Positions 30,035-39,505 of a stretch of 64,000 nt of DNA are shown here, piece after piece (positions within the stretch are counted from its first letter, which is position 1; every line of letters starts with the position of its first letter). The position numbers were made by a program, and so were the translations under genes. The notes beneath the pieces are model-generated. The model ran no database searches. It had not been told where the DNA came from and saw only the letters and a list, made by a program, of their open reading frames with translations. Source of the stretch: an uncultured Chloroflexia bacterium (GTDB lineage: Bacteria > Chloroflexota > Limnocylindria > Limnocylindrales > CSP1-4); assembly GCA_963789905.1 (NCBI GenBank), contig CAWBMK010000005.1:14387-78386 (forward strand), read 5' to 3'.

Positions 30035-33000
30035 GTGGTCGACGACCGGCGTGGCACCCGATTCATCGGACGCGCGACCGAGCGGGCGACGCTCGAGCTC
30101 GCGTTCCAGGCCGCAACGGTAGGCGCCTCCCGCACGGTGATCGTCGCTGGCGAGGCAGGGATCGGGAAGACGCGCCTCGTCGAGGTCTTCGCCGACTCCG
30201 CGCGGCGCCGGGGCGCCCGCGTGCTCTGGGGCGCCTGCCTCGAGTACGGAGCCGGTGCCCTGCCGTATTTCCCGTTTGTCTCAGCGTTGCGAACGCTGAC
30301 CCGGTCGACCGAGCCCGCCCGGCTTCCGGCACTGCTCGGACCAGGACGCGCTGAGCTCGCGAGGCTCCTTCCTGAGCTCGGGCCCGTGGCCGGGACTGCG
30401 ACCGGCCCCGACGATGCCCAGGCCCAGGCTCGGCTGTTCGAGCTCGTCCTCGGGGTTATCGAGCGCATGGCCCGCGACGGACCGGTGCTCGTCGTCATCG
30501 AGGACATTCAGTGGGCGGACACGTCGACCCGCGACCTCCTCCTGTTCCTGGTCACGACGCTCCTAACGGGCAAGGTCCTGTTCGTCGTCACGGCTCGGAG
30601 CGAGGATCTTCATCATCGACATCCGATCCTGCCATTCCTGGCTGAGCTCGAGCGCGACGATTGGGTGGACAGGATCGAGCTCGCACCGCTCGATCGAGCG
30701 GAGGTCGCCGCCCAATTCGAGGACCTGACCGGGATGCACCCGCCCCCAGAGGACGTCGACAGGCTGCTGGCTCGGTCTGACGGGAATCCCTTCTTCGTCG
30801 AGCAGCTCGCCTCGATCGGGAGTCATCTGATCGACGGCGACCTCCCACCACGTCTGCGGGACGTCCTTGCGGCGAGGATTGGGATCCTCTCGGACGACGG
30901 ACAGATGGTCCTGCGAGCGGCGTCGGCGGCCGGACGCCGCCTGGACGACCGGCTGCTGGCGGAGGTCCTCGAACAGCCGGACGCCATCGTCGCGTCGGCA
31001 TTGCACGAGGTCGTCGAGCAAGGGATCCTGGTGCCGGCGGACGACGATAGCGACCCTGCTACCGCGCCGGGTCACGCGTTCCGGCACTCGCTCCTGCGGG
31101 AGGTGGTCTACGAGGGCCTGTTCGCAGGCGAGCGGATGCGGCTGCACGCCGCCTTCGCCCGCTGTCTCGGTCGGCAGACCGACCGACCGCCGCCAGCGGC
31201 GGAGCTGGCATTCCATTGGGATGCCGCTCGGGTCTTCGATCTCGCCCTCGAGAAGCACGTCGAGGCCGGTGGAGAGGCGGACCGCGTCTTCGCGCACGCC
31301 GAAGCGCTGCGTCACTACGCGCGCGCCCTCGAGTTGTGGGGCGTGGTCGAGGAGCCGGAACGGGTCGCGGGTGGCGATCGAACGCGCGTGATCCAGTTGG
31401 CAGCGGAAGCCGCCGTGCAAGCAGGCGAGTACGATCGGGCGGTCGAGCTCGGACGAAAGGCGGTCGCAGCCATCGACGCCTCGGCGGATCCCGTTCGGGC
31501 AGGCCTTGCCAACGAACGCCTTCGCTGGTTCCTCTGGGAGGCTGGCGACCGGGTGGCCGCGGAGGAGGTGGTTCGGGCTGCACTCGAGCTGTTGCCGACG
31601 GAGCCGCCGTCCGTGGCTCGCGCTCGGGCAACGGCCCATCTCGCGGGCATCCTCTTGTTTGGCGGCAGATGGGACCTGGCCAGGACCAAGGCCGCCGAAG
31701 CCGTCGCCATGGCGCGATCGATTGGCGACTCATCCGTCGAGGCATTCGGGCTTGGTGTTCGCGGTCTCGCCGGAGCGTTTCTCGGCGACGCCGAGGCTGG
31801 TGTCGCCGACCTCCGGGCTGCATTGGCCATCGCGATCGCCCTCGACTCTACCGACGGTCTCGTCCTGGGATACGCGAATCTTTCCGTCCTCTTGGATCGA
31901 ATCGGACGTTCGCAGGAGGCTCTCGCCGCGGCGATGGAGGGGTACGACCATGCGGCCGCTCGAGGCCTGGCCCGCACATACGGCGGTGTCATGCTCGGCC
32001 ATGCGGCGAAGGTCCTCATCGACCTCGGTCGGTGGCAAGAGGCCGACAGGCTGACCGCTGAGGGTCTCGATCGAGGGGCGCCCGGCCGGGCGGGCGTCTG
32101 GCTGCGCATAAACCGAGGGCGACTCGAGACGCGTCGAGGCGACACCACGGCGGCAGCGGATCACCTCGCTCAGGCGCGTCGCCTCGATGTGGCCGTTCGC
32201 GGCACGGAGTTCCGGACGGCGCTGCTCACGGCCGAGGCGGAGCTCGCGCTGGCCGCCGGGCGGCCTCAGGACGTACGCTCGATCTCGGACGAGGGACTGG
32301 CGGTCGCGCGCGCCGGCGGTCTCCCCGAACCAGGTTTGGCGTGGCTTGCCGCCCTGGCATTGCGCGCCGAAGCCGATGTCGCCGAGGATTCGCGAGCCAA
32401 GCGCGATGACGTCGCCGGGGAGGAGGCTGCGGACCGGGCAGCGGACGTGATGAACGCGATGGACGAGGTCTCCCAGCGGATGCCGGCCTTGGCGACGGCC
32501 GCCGGTTTGCGCGGAGCCGGGATCGCCGCCCTGTGCCACGGCGAGGTCGCCCGGCTGGTCGGGCAGCCCGACCCGGCGCCGTGGGTCGAGGCGGCGGCCG
32601 CGTGGGAGTCGCTGGATCGGCCGTATCCCTCGGCCTACTCGCGATATCGCGAGGCCGAGGCGCTTCTGTCGACGCGAGGTTCGCGGTCGAGCGCGGAGAG
32701 CGCTCTGCGCCGGTCACATGAGATCGTCAGCCGACTTGGGGCGCAACCGCTGATGGCCCAGATCGAACTCCTGGCCCGCCAGGCGAATATCAACCTGGGC
32801 GGCGCCTCCCCGCTGGCCCCGCTGACCTCGACCGACGAGAGAAGCCACGGGCTCACGCCTCGGGAAATGGAGGTCCTGCGGCTTGTGGCCGGTGGCTGGA
32901 CGAACCAGCAGATCGCTGATGAGCTCTTCATCACCCGCAAGACGGCATCCGTCCACGTCTCGAACATCATGGGCAAGCTCGGCGTCGATTCGCGGGTCGA

Positions 33001-33070
33001 GGCGGCCGCGATCGCATTCCGCCTGGGGATAGGCGCCGATGCTCCGCTGCCTCCCGATCGGGTCGCCTGA
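30035..33070 (+). CDS. LAL-type regulator: N-terminal AAA/STAND ATPase, TPR-like middle, C-terminal LuxR HTH
   Basis: P-loop VAGEAGIGKTRLVE, Walker B VLVVIEDIQWAD, C-terminal LTPREMEVLRLVAGGWTNQQIADELFITRKTASVHVSNIMGKLGV. Confidence 0.85.
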   Translation: MVDDRRGTRFIGRATERATLELAFQAATVGASRTVIVAGEAGIGKTRLVEVFADSARRRGARVLWGACLEYGAGALPYFPFVSALRTLTRSTEPARLPALLGPGRAELARLLPELGPVAGTATGPDDAQAQARLFELVLGVIERMARDGPVLVVIEDIQWADTSTRDLLLFLVTTLLTGKVLFVVTARSEDLHHRHPILPFLAELERDDWVDRIELAPLDRAEVAAQFEDLTGMHPPPEDVDRLLARSDGNPFFVEQLASIGSHLIDGDLPPRLRDVLAARIGILSDDGQMVLRAASAAGRRLDDRLLAEVLEQPDAIVASALHEVVEQGILVPADDDSDPATAPGHAFRHSLLREVVYEGLFAGERMRLHAAFARCLGRQTDRPPPAAELAFHWDAARVFDLALEKHVEAGGEADRVFAHAEALRHYARALELWGVVEEPERVAGGDRTRVIQLAAEAAVQAGEYDRAVELGRKAVAAIDASADPVRAGLANERLRWFLWEAGDRVAAEEVVRAALELLPTEPPSVARARATAHLAGILLFGGRWDLARTKAAEAVAMARSIGDSSVEAFGLGVRGLAGAFLGDAEAGVADLRAALAIAIALDSTDGLVLGYANLSVLLDRIGRSQEALAAAMEGYDHAAARGLARTYGGVMLGHAAKVLIDLGRWQEADRLTAEGLDRGAPGRAGVWLRINRGRLETRRGDTTAAADHLAQARRLDVAVRGTEFRTALLTAEAELALAAGRPQDVRSISDEGLAVARAGGLPEPGLAWLAALALRAEADVAEDSRAKRDDVAGEEAADRAADVMNAMDEVSQRMPALATAAGLRGAGIAALCHGEVARLVGQPDPAPWVEAAAAWESLDRPYPSAYSRYREAEALLSTRGSRSSAESALRRSHEIVSRLGAQPLMAQIELLARQANINLGGASPLAPLTSTDERSHGLTPREMEVLRLVAGGWTNQQIADELFITRKTASVHVSNIMGKLGVDSRVEAAAIAFRLGIGADAPLPPDRVA

Positions 33071-33135
33071 CGTTGTCGGAATTCTCCCTGACGTAGGGCC
33101 AGCGCCCGGCGGGTGCATGGCGATACGCTTCCGAA

Positions 33136-34350
33136 GTGACCACGCTGACGGCACTCGAGAACATCGGGCGCCTGTTCACGTCCGGTGACGCCGGTGTCCT
33201 CGAGGATGCGACCGTCGCCTTCGATCGTGAGGCCGTGCGGTGGGTGGGGAGTGGGGGAGCCCGACCGCCGGCAAGGCTGCGCGAGCAGATCGAAGCTCGG
33301 ATCGATGCCGGCGGGTCGCTCGTCACGCCGGGCCTCATCGATGCCCACTGTCACCCGGTCTACGCGGCTCCGAGGCTCGATGAGCTGGCCGTTCGCACGG
33401 CGGGCGTCGGCTATGCGGAGATCGCTGCCGCCGGCGGCGGCATCCGGCGGACCGTCAACGAGACGCGGGCCCTGCCGCCGACCATCCTGAGCTCGATCGT
33501 CATCGAGCGGCTGGCCGCGTTCCTCGCCAATGGCACGACGACGCTCGAGGCGAAGACCGGCTACCACCTGACGATCGAGGGTGAGCTCGGAGAGGTCGGG
33601 CTGCTGGCCGCCCTCCGTGGACGAGATGACCTGCCCGATGTGTCCGTCACCTTCCTCGCCGCCCACGATGTCCCGCCGGAGTACGTCGGCCGGCGCGCGG
33701 ACTGGGTCGCCGAGGTCGCTGCGGCCTGTCTCGACGCGGTCCGGCGTGGCGCCGACTCGTGCGACGTGTTCGTCGACGAAGGGTTCTTCTCCATCGAGGA
33801 GGCTCGAACGATCCTCCAGTCGGCGAGCGATGTCGGGTTGGCCCTCCGACCGCACGCCGACGAGCTGGCTCGCACCGGCGGGGCCAAGCTGGCCGCCCAG
33901 CTGGGAGCGGCGTCGGCCGATCATCTGCTGCGCCTTGACGAGGCCGGCGCGATCGCGATGGCGAAGGCGGGCACGGTGGCGACCCTGTGCCCGTTGACGG
34001 CCCTCGCGATGAAGCGAGCCCTGCCCCTCGACCATCTCCAGGCGGCGGGGTGCCGGATCGGCCTGGGGTCCGATCACAACCCGGGCCAGACCGGAGTCAC
34101 CTCGATGGCGACCGTCGTGTGGGCGGCAACGACGATGGGGATGGCGGTGGCCGATGCGCTCGTCGCGGCCACGGCCGGCTCGGCGGCGTCGCTCGGACTG
34201 CTCGATCGTGGCCGCATCGAGGTCGGGGCGAGACCCGACATCGTCGCCTGGCCGGTCGATCATGAGGGCGGCTTCGCCTGGGATCCGGGGCTCCCGGCCA
34301 CGATCGTGATCAGGTCCGGCCTCGAGCTCGCGACCCTCCCGGTCAGCTAG
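33136..34350 (+). CDS. hutI: imidazolonepropionase
   Basis: GLIDAHCHPVYA metal-binding start, GYAEIAAAGGGIRRTV and TTLEAKTGYHL, C-terminal GSDHNPG; amidohydrolase fold. Confidence 0.85.
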   Translation: MTTLTALENIGRLFTSGDAGVLEDATVAFDREAVRWVGSGGARPPARLREQIEARIDAGGSLVTPGLIDAHCHPVYAAPRLDELAVRTAGVGYAEIAAAGGGIRRTVNETRALPPTILSSIVIERLAAFLANGTTTLEAKTGYHLTIEGELGEVGLLAALRGRDDLPDVSVTFLAAHDVPPEYVGRRADWVAEVAAACLDAVRRGADSCDVFVDEGFFSIEEARTILQSASDVGLALRPHADELARTGGAKLAAQLGAASADHLLRLDEAGAIAMAKAGTVATLCPLTALAMKRALPLDHLQAAGCRIGLGSDHNPGQTGVTSMATVVWAATTMGMAVADALVAATAGSAASLGLLDRGRIEVGARPDIVAWPVDHEGGFAWDPGLPATIVIRSGLELATLPVS

Positions 34351-34361
34351 CGGAGACACGG

Positions 34362-35649
34362 GTGCGTATCGTCGACCTCAGCGGATGGGGGCGAGCTCCA
34401 TTCCATCGCCCTGCGCGAACCGATCGATCCCGACATCGCGGCGAGCGTCGCCGCCATCTGCGACGATGTTCGAGACCGAGGTGATGCGGCGCTCGTCGAG
34501 CTCACCCGTCGCTTCGACGGTGTGGACGTCGCCGGCCGGATCCAGATCGACGACAGGGAGATGGCGGCCGCCGTCGCTGGCGTCGACAACGAGATCATTG
34601 GCGTCCTCCAGCGACTGGTGGCCCGACTCTCGGTCTTCTGCGAACGGCAGCGGTTGGCCGACTGGGAGGTCGTCCGAGACGGAGTCCGCTTCGGGGAGCA
34701 TGTTCGGCCGATCCGAGCGGTGGGTGCCTACGCGCCTGGTGGCAGGGCGCTTTACCCATCGACGGTGCTGATGACCACCGTCCCGGCCGTCGTGGCGGGC
34801 GTCGCGAACATCGCCCTGTGCTCACCGCCGTCGACCGGCGGTGACGTTGCGCCAGTGTTGCTGCAGGCGGCCACGGTGGCCGGCGTGCATCGCGTCTACC
34901 GCATCGGCGGGGCGCAGGCGGTTGCCGCCCTGGCCTACGGAACCGACAGCGTTTCCAGCGTCGACAAGATCGTCGGGCCCGGCAACGCCTGGGTGACTGC
35001 CGCCAAGCGCCACGTGTCCGGGATGGTCGGCATCGATGGGCTGGCGGGGCCCTCGGACGCGACTGTCCTCTCCGATGGCCACGCCGACGCCGAGCTGGTC
35101 GCTTCCGAGCTTGTCGCCCAGGCCGAGCACGATCCCGACAGTCGTGGCTTCCTGGTGACGACCGATGGCACGCACGCCGAACGGGTCGTGGCCGCCGTCG
35201 AACGCCTGGCGGCAACGACTCCGCGAGCATCGATCGTTGGGGAGGCGCTGCAGGCGTCCGCGGTCATCGTCTGCGGTTCACTGGACCAGGCCCTGCAGAC
35301 GATCGATCGGCTCGCTCCGGAGCACCTCCTGATCCTTACCGACGATCCCGATGCCGTCCTTGGCCGGGCGCATGCTTACGGTGCGGCGTTCCTCGGACCC
35401 CTGACCTCGATCGTCGTCGGCGATTACGGCGGGACCTCGAATCACACCCTCCCGACGATGGGCACGGCTCGCTTCTCGTCAGGCCTTCGGACGGCCGATT
35501 ACCAGGTCGCGGCGGCGTATGTCGAGATGACGCCGGACGCCGTCCGGGCCACGGCGCCAGACATCGAAGCGCTCGCCCATCGCGAGGGCCTCCACGCGCA
35601 CGCCGCAGCCATCGCGTTGCGTCGACAGTCTCTGGAAGGCAGCGGGTGA
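34362..35649 (+). CDS. hisD: histidinol dehydrogenase family protein, with an apparent frameshift at codon ~8
   Basis: GTG at 34362 gives VRIVDLSG in frame 3; the rest (GGELHSIALREPIDP...VRDRGDAALVELTRRFDGV...GGAQAVAALAYGT...SQAEHD...DYGGTSNHTLPT) is in frame 1; switch at the GGGGG run 34387-34391. Confidence 0.7.
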
Positions 35650-37559
35650 TGGCGACCAGGATCGACACCACCTGGCGCGAGCGTCACGCCGCCAAGGTCG
35701 AGACCGCGGGCCAGGCCGTACGCCGGATTCGACACGGCTCGCGTGTCTTCATCGGATCGGGCGCGGGCGAGCCGCAATCCCTCGTCCGGGCGCTGTCGGC
35801 CCGCGAGAACCTCGATGACGCCGAGATCGTCCACATCATGACCCTCGGTGTCGCGCCATACACGGAGCCGAAGTTCGACCAGCGGTTTCGTCACAACGCA
35901 TTCTTCATCGGCGCCAACACCCGCGACGCTGTCAACGAGGGCCGCGCCGACTACACGCCCGTCTTCCTGTCCGAGATCCCTCGCCTCTTCCGCGATGCCC
36001 GGATCGTCATCGACGTCGCCCTGATCCAGGTCTCGGAGCCGGACATCCACGGCTACTGCAGCTTCGGCGTGTCGACAGACATCGTGAAATCGGCTGCCGA
36101 GAGCGCCAAGGTCGTCATCGCCGAGGTCGGATCGCAGGTACCGCGTGCTCTCGGCGACTGCTTCATCCACGTCCGCGACATCGCGGCGCTCGTCCCGTGC
36201 GACGACGCGATCCTCGAGGCTCCGCAGAGCGAGGAGAGCGAGCTCGCCCTGGCGATCGGTCGCCACATCGCCGATCTCGTCGAAGACGGGGCGACCCTCC
36301 AGCTCGGTATCGGCCAGATTCCCGATGCCGTCCTCCGCTATCTCGGCGACCGCACGGATCTCGGCGTCCATACCGAGATGTTCTCCGATGGGGTTCTCCC
36401 GCTCATCGAGGCCGGGGTCATCACCAACGCCCGCAAGACGCTCCATCGAGGCAAGATGGTCGCGAGCTTCGTTCTCGGGTCACGCGCCCTGTACGACTTC
36501 ATCGACGACAACCCGATGGTCGAATTCCACCCGACGGAGTACACGAACGATCCGTTCGTCATCGCCCAGAACGAGCGGATGACATCGATCAACTCGGCTC
36601 TGGAGGTGGACCTCACCGGACAGGTCTGTGCCGATTCCCTCGGGCCGCTCTTCTACAGCGGTATCGGCGGACAGGTGGACTTCGTCCGCGGTGCGGCGCG
36701 TTCGAAGGGCGGCAAGGCGATCATCGCCCTGCCGGCGACGGCCGAGGACGGCACGGTCTCGAGGATCGTGCCGGCTCTCAAGCCCGGTGCCGGCGTGGTC
36801 ACGAGCCGTGGCGACGTCCACTACATCGTGACCGAGTACGGGGTGGCCTACCTGCACGGCAAGACGATCCGGGAGCGCGCGACGGCCCTCATCCAGATCG
36901 CGCACCCGCGCTTCCGGCCGTGGCTCCTGGCCGAAGCGAAGTCGCGCCACATCGTCTACGCCGACCAGGTCGAACTGCCCTTTTCGATGCCCGTCTATCC
37001 GGACCGTTACGAGCGCTGGATCGACCTCCGTGACGGCTCGCGCGGGTTCATGCGCCCGATCCGGATGACCGACGAGCCGGGCCTCCGCGAGATGTTCTAC
37101 GCCCTCTCCGAGGAGACCGTCTACCACCGCTTCTTCCGGAGCCTTCCGACGATGCCCCATCAGCGGCTTCAGGAATGGCTGAAGGTGGACTACGAGCGCG
37201 AGATGGTGCTCGTCGTGACCGCCGGGATCGAGGGCGACGAGGCGATCCTGGCCGTTGCCCGCTACGACCTCGACCAGCGCACGAACCTCGCCGAGGTCGC
37301 CTTCGTCGTTCGTGACGACAACCAGGGGCAGGGCCTCGGAACCCAGCTGCTTGCGGCGCTCATCGACATCGCCCGCGAGCATGGCATCGCGGGTTTCACC
37401 GCCAGCGTCCTGGCCGACAACGTCGCGATGATGCGGCTGTTCCACGACGCTGTCCCGTCGCTCGAGAGTCGGCTCGATGACGGCGCCTACGACATCACCA
37501 TGCGCTTCGACGACGCGTCCCCAAAGCCTGCCGCGCCGTCCGACGAAGGTGGCGTCTAG
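35646..37559 (+). CDS. acetyl-CoA hydrolase/transferase family protein fused to a C-terminal GNAT acetyltransferase domain
   Basis: The N-terminal 430 aa carry Cat1/ScpC-family motifs (SINSALEVDLTGQVCADS, GIGGQVDFVRGA); the C-terminal 200 aa carry a GNAT Q/R-x-x-G-x-G/A loop (RDDNQGQGLGTQLLAALID). Confidence 0.8.
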   Translation: MMATRIDTTWRERHAAKVETAGQAVRRIRHGSRVFIGSGAGEPQSLVRALSARENLDDAEIVHIMTLGVAPYTEPKFDQRFRHNAFFIGANTRDAVNEGRADYTPVFLSEIPRLFRDARIVIDVALIQVSEPDIHGYCSFGVSTDIVKSAAESAKVVIAEVGSQVPRALGDCFIHVRDIAALVPCDDAILEAPQSEESELALAIGRHIADLVEDGATLQLGIGQIPDAVLRYLGDRTDLGVHTEMFSDGVLPLIEAGVITNARKTLHRGKMVASFVLGSRALYDFIDDNPMVEFHPTEYTNDPFVIAQNERMTSINSALEVDLTGQVCADSLGPLFYSGIGGQVDFVRGAARSKGGKAIIALPATAEDGTVSRIVPALKPGAGVVTSRGDVHYIVTEYGVAYLHGKTIRERATALIQIAHPRFRPWLLAEAKSRHIVYADQVELPFSMPVYPDRYERWIDLRDGSRGFMRPIRMTDEPGLREMFYALSEETVYHRFFRSLPTMPHQRLQEWLKVDYEREMVLVVTAGIEGDEAILAVARYDLDQRTNLAEVAFVVRDDNQGQGLGTQLLAALIDIAREHGIAGFTASVLADNVAMMRLFHDAVPSLESRLDDGAYDITMRFDDASPKPAAPSDEGGV

Positions 37560-37611
37560 TTCGTTCACTGCCGCGAGGCGGAGGGCCCTGCGCTACCATG
37601 CCCCGGCTCGT

Positions 37612-37685
37612 GGGCCCGTAGCTCAACGGTAGAGCAAGTGACTCCTGATCAGTGGATGAAGGTTCGGATTCTTCCGGCCTCGCCA
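37612..37685 (+). tRNA. tRNA-like gene, anticodon CCT (Arg), probably degenerate
   Basis: Cloverleaf GGGCCCG/TA/GCTC-AACGGTA-GAGC/A/AGTGA-CTCCTGA-TCAGT/GGAT/GAAGG-TTCGGAT-TCTTC/CGGCCTC-G-CCA; G-G mismatch in the anticodon stem, C-C mismatch in the acceptor stem, G at T-loop position 58; the 5' 31 nt plus about 20 nt upstream are identical to tRNA-Lys at 39225. Confidence 0.4.
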
Positions 37686-37741
37686 CGGTTCGCCCGTGGT
37701 GTCGCGTCGATGCGAGCTGCATCCCGTGAATCGTGATGTGC

Positions 37742-39154
37742 CTAATTCGTCCGACGGAAGACCGTGGGTCGATCGAAGGTGACGCCGACGAGACCCCTTG
37801 GCTCCCAGGAGATGTCCTGGGCAGTGTTGGCGACGTGGACGATCCCGCCGATCCCATAGGTTGGATCTGGCGAACCGCCGACGGCCGTGAGACGGGTCAG
37901 CACGGGATCGGGGCGGCCGCCGATCGAGAAGACCAGGCTGAGGAGGGGGCGCCCACTCCCGTCGACAGCAATCGACACGAGTCGCGATGTCCCGGCGACA
38001 GGCGCGACGTCGGCGATCCCATTCGTCCCGAACGACGCATCCATCGTGCCGGCCGGTGTCAGCTTGGCGACGCCGGCCGTCCACGGCGATCCGGACGGCG
38101 CAGCCGACGCGCCAAGGCCGACATAGATCGATCCGTCGGACGCAACCGAGATCTCGCGGAGGGCCGGCTTGAGATGGCGAGCCGGATCCTCGATCGTGAC
38201 CAGGCCGGCAGTGCCCCAGCTCGCATCTATCGTCCCGGTGTGGTTCATGCGGAAGACGTCGATGACGCCGCGCGGTCCGGCGAGCCAGCGGCGACTGACC
38301 CAGTACAGGCGTCCCGCCGAATCCACCCCCAGGGCGTGGCACTCCGGGATCCCCATATCGCGGTAGCCGGCTGGCCCGATCCTCGTATCGATGGCCCCGT
38401 TCGGCGTGAGGCCCGAGAGCTCCGTTCCTGTGCCGGTGAGATTGGCATTGTTGAGACACGCGCGAACGGATCCTCCCGCGAGTCGCACGACAACGGTCGC
38501 ATGCTCATACCCCGCGCGGATATCGCGAGGCAGGCTCCGCCCCCCGCTCAGGCCGTAGCCGGTATCGATCCTCCCCCGGGCGTCGAAGGCTCGGATCGCG
38601 CTGTATGGGCAGCAGTCCGCCAGGTGGGCGAGGAACCCGCCGTCAGCGGTCGGCAGAATGACGGTCACGCCGCCGATATCGCTCGAGAACGCGGCGAGCG
38701 GCCGACCCCCGTTGAAAGCTCGGTCGAGCCGCCCGGCTGCGTCGTAGACCGTCACCTCCGATGGGTGATCGAGGCCGGTCCCACACCGGTAGACCAGCAC
38801 GAAGACCCGCCCGGTCGGCGCGATCGCCACCTGGCCACCGGAGCCACAGTTGGGCTTGGTGTTCGGCCCTCGGGGAACGACGGCATAGCCGCGTCCGGCG
38901 AACGTGGGATCCAGCCAGCCGCCCGTTGACGCCGCGCCGGCGAAGCTAGCGGAGGCCGACCAGCCGCAGGCGATCGCCAACACGATGGCGATCGATCGGA
39001 AGCGACGCTGCATGACGGCTCCCCCGCTTGGTGGTGGGGCTTCGAAGCCCGACACCCTGCCGCTCGATTGTCGCACGCTCGCGCCAGCCACCAAGTCTGA
39101 AGATCGGACCATCTGCCCGAGGCGGTGCCGCGCGGGCTCGATTCCGCGGAGCAC
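37742..39154 (-). CDS. secreted repeat protein (delta-60-repeat / beta-propeller-like)
   Basis: Signal peptide MQRRFRSIAIVLAIACGWSASASFAGAAS; recurring units such as GTIDASWGTAG, GTMDASFGTNGIA, GRLDRAFNGG, GAIDTRIGPAG, GRIDTGYGLSG. Confidence 0.65.
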   Translation of the reverse strand: MLRGIEPARHRLGQMVRSSDLVAGASVRQSSGRVSGFEAPPPSGGAVMQRRFRSIAIVLAIACGWSASASFAGAASTGGWLDPTFAGRGYAVVPRGPNTKPNCGSGGQVAIAPTGRVFVLVYRCGTGLDHPSEVTVYDAAGRLDRAFNGGRPLAAFSSDIGGVTVILPTADGGFLAHLADCCPYSAIRAFDARGRIDTGYGLSGGRSLPRDIRAGYEHATVVVRLAGGSVRACLNNANLTGTGTELSGLTPNGAIDTRIGPAGYRDMGIPECHALGVDSAGRLYWVSRRWLAGPRGVIDVFRMNHTGTIDASWGTAGLVTIEDPARHLKPALREISVASDGSIYVGLGASAAPSGSPWTAGVAKLTPAGTMDASFGTNGIADVAPVAGTSRLVSIAVDGSGRPLLSLVFSIGGRPDPVLTRLTAVGGSPDPTYGIGGIVHVANTAQDISWEPRGLVGVTFDRPTVFRRTN

Positions 39155-39224
39155 GGCGAGCTCTCACTCAGGCCAGGTCGGCCGGGGGCCGACGAGAGCC
39201 GTGCGCTACTATTCCCCGGCTCGT

Positions 39225-39299
39225 GGGCCCGTAGCTCAACGGTAGAGCAAGTGACTCTTAATCACTAGGTTCTCGGTTCGAATCCGAGCGGGCTCACCA
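39225..39299 (+). tRNA. tRNA-Lys (anticodon CTT)
   Basis: Complete cloverleaf: acceptor GGGCCCG/CGGGCTC (one G-U pair), D arm GCTC-AACGGTA-GAGC, anticodon arm AGTGA-CTCTTAA-TCACT, T arm CTCGG-TTCGAAT-CCGAG, discriminator A, encoded CCA. Confidence 0.8.
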
Positions 39300-39322
39300 C
39301 GAATCTAGGCACGAAAAGGCCC

Positions 39323-39342
39323 CTTCGGTGTCCGCCGAAGGC
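39323..39342 (+). terminator. GC-rich hairpin downstream of tRNA-Lys
   Basis: CCTTCGG-tgtccg-CCGAAGG perfect 7 bp stem 24 nt after the tRNA; no U-tract. Confidence 0.3.
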
Positions 39343-39505
39343 ATCTCCGATGCCGCGCGCCCATCGGCGCACGCCCGACATTGTCGTGTACCGCGCGAGC
39401 GCCAGGCACAGGGAGGGCACCATCCCCCGAGAGCATGAAGATGCCGGTCGCCCAGGCGGAGGAGCTGGAAGCCCTGGACGGGCCTGACCACCCCTCGTTG
39501 CTAGC

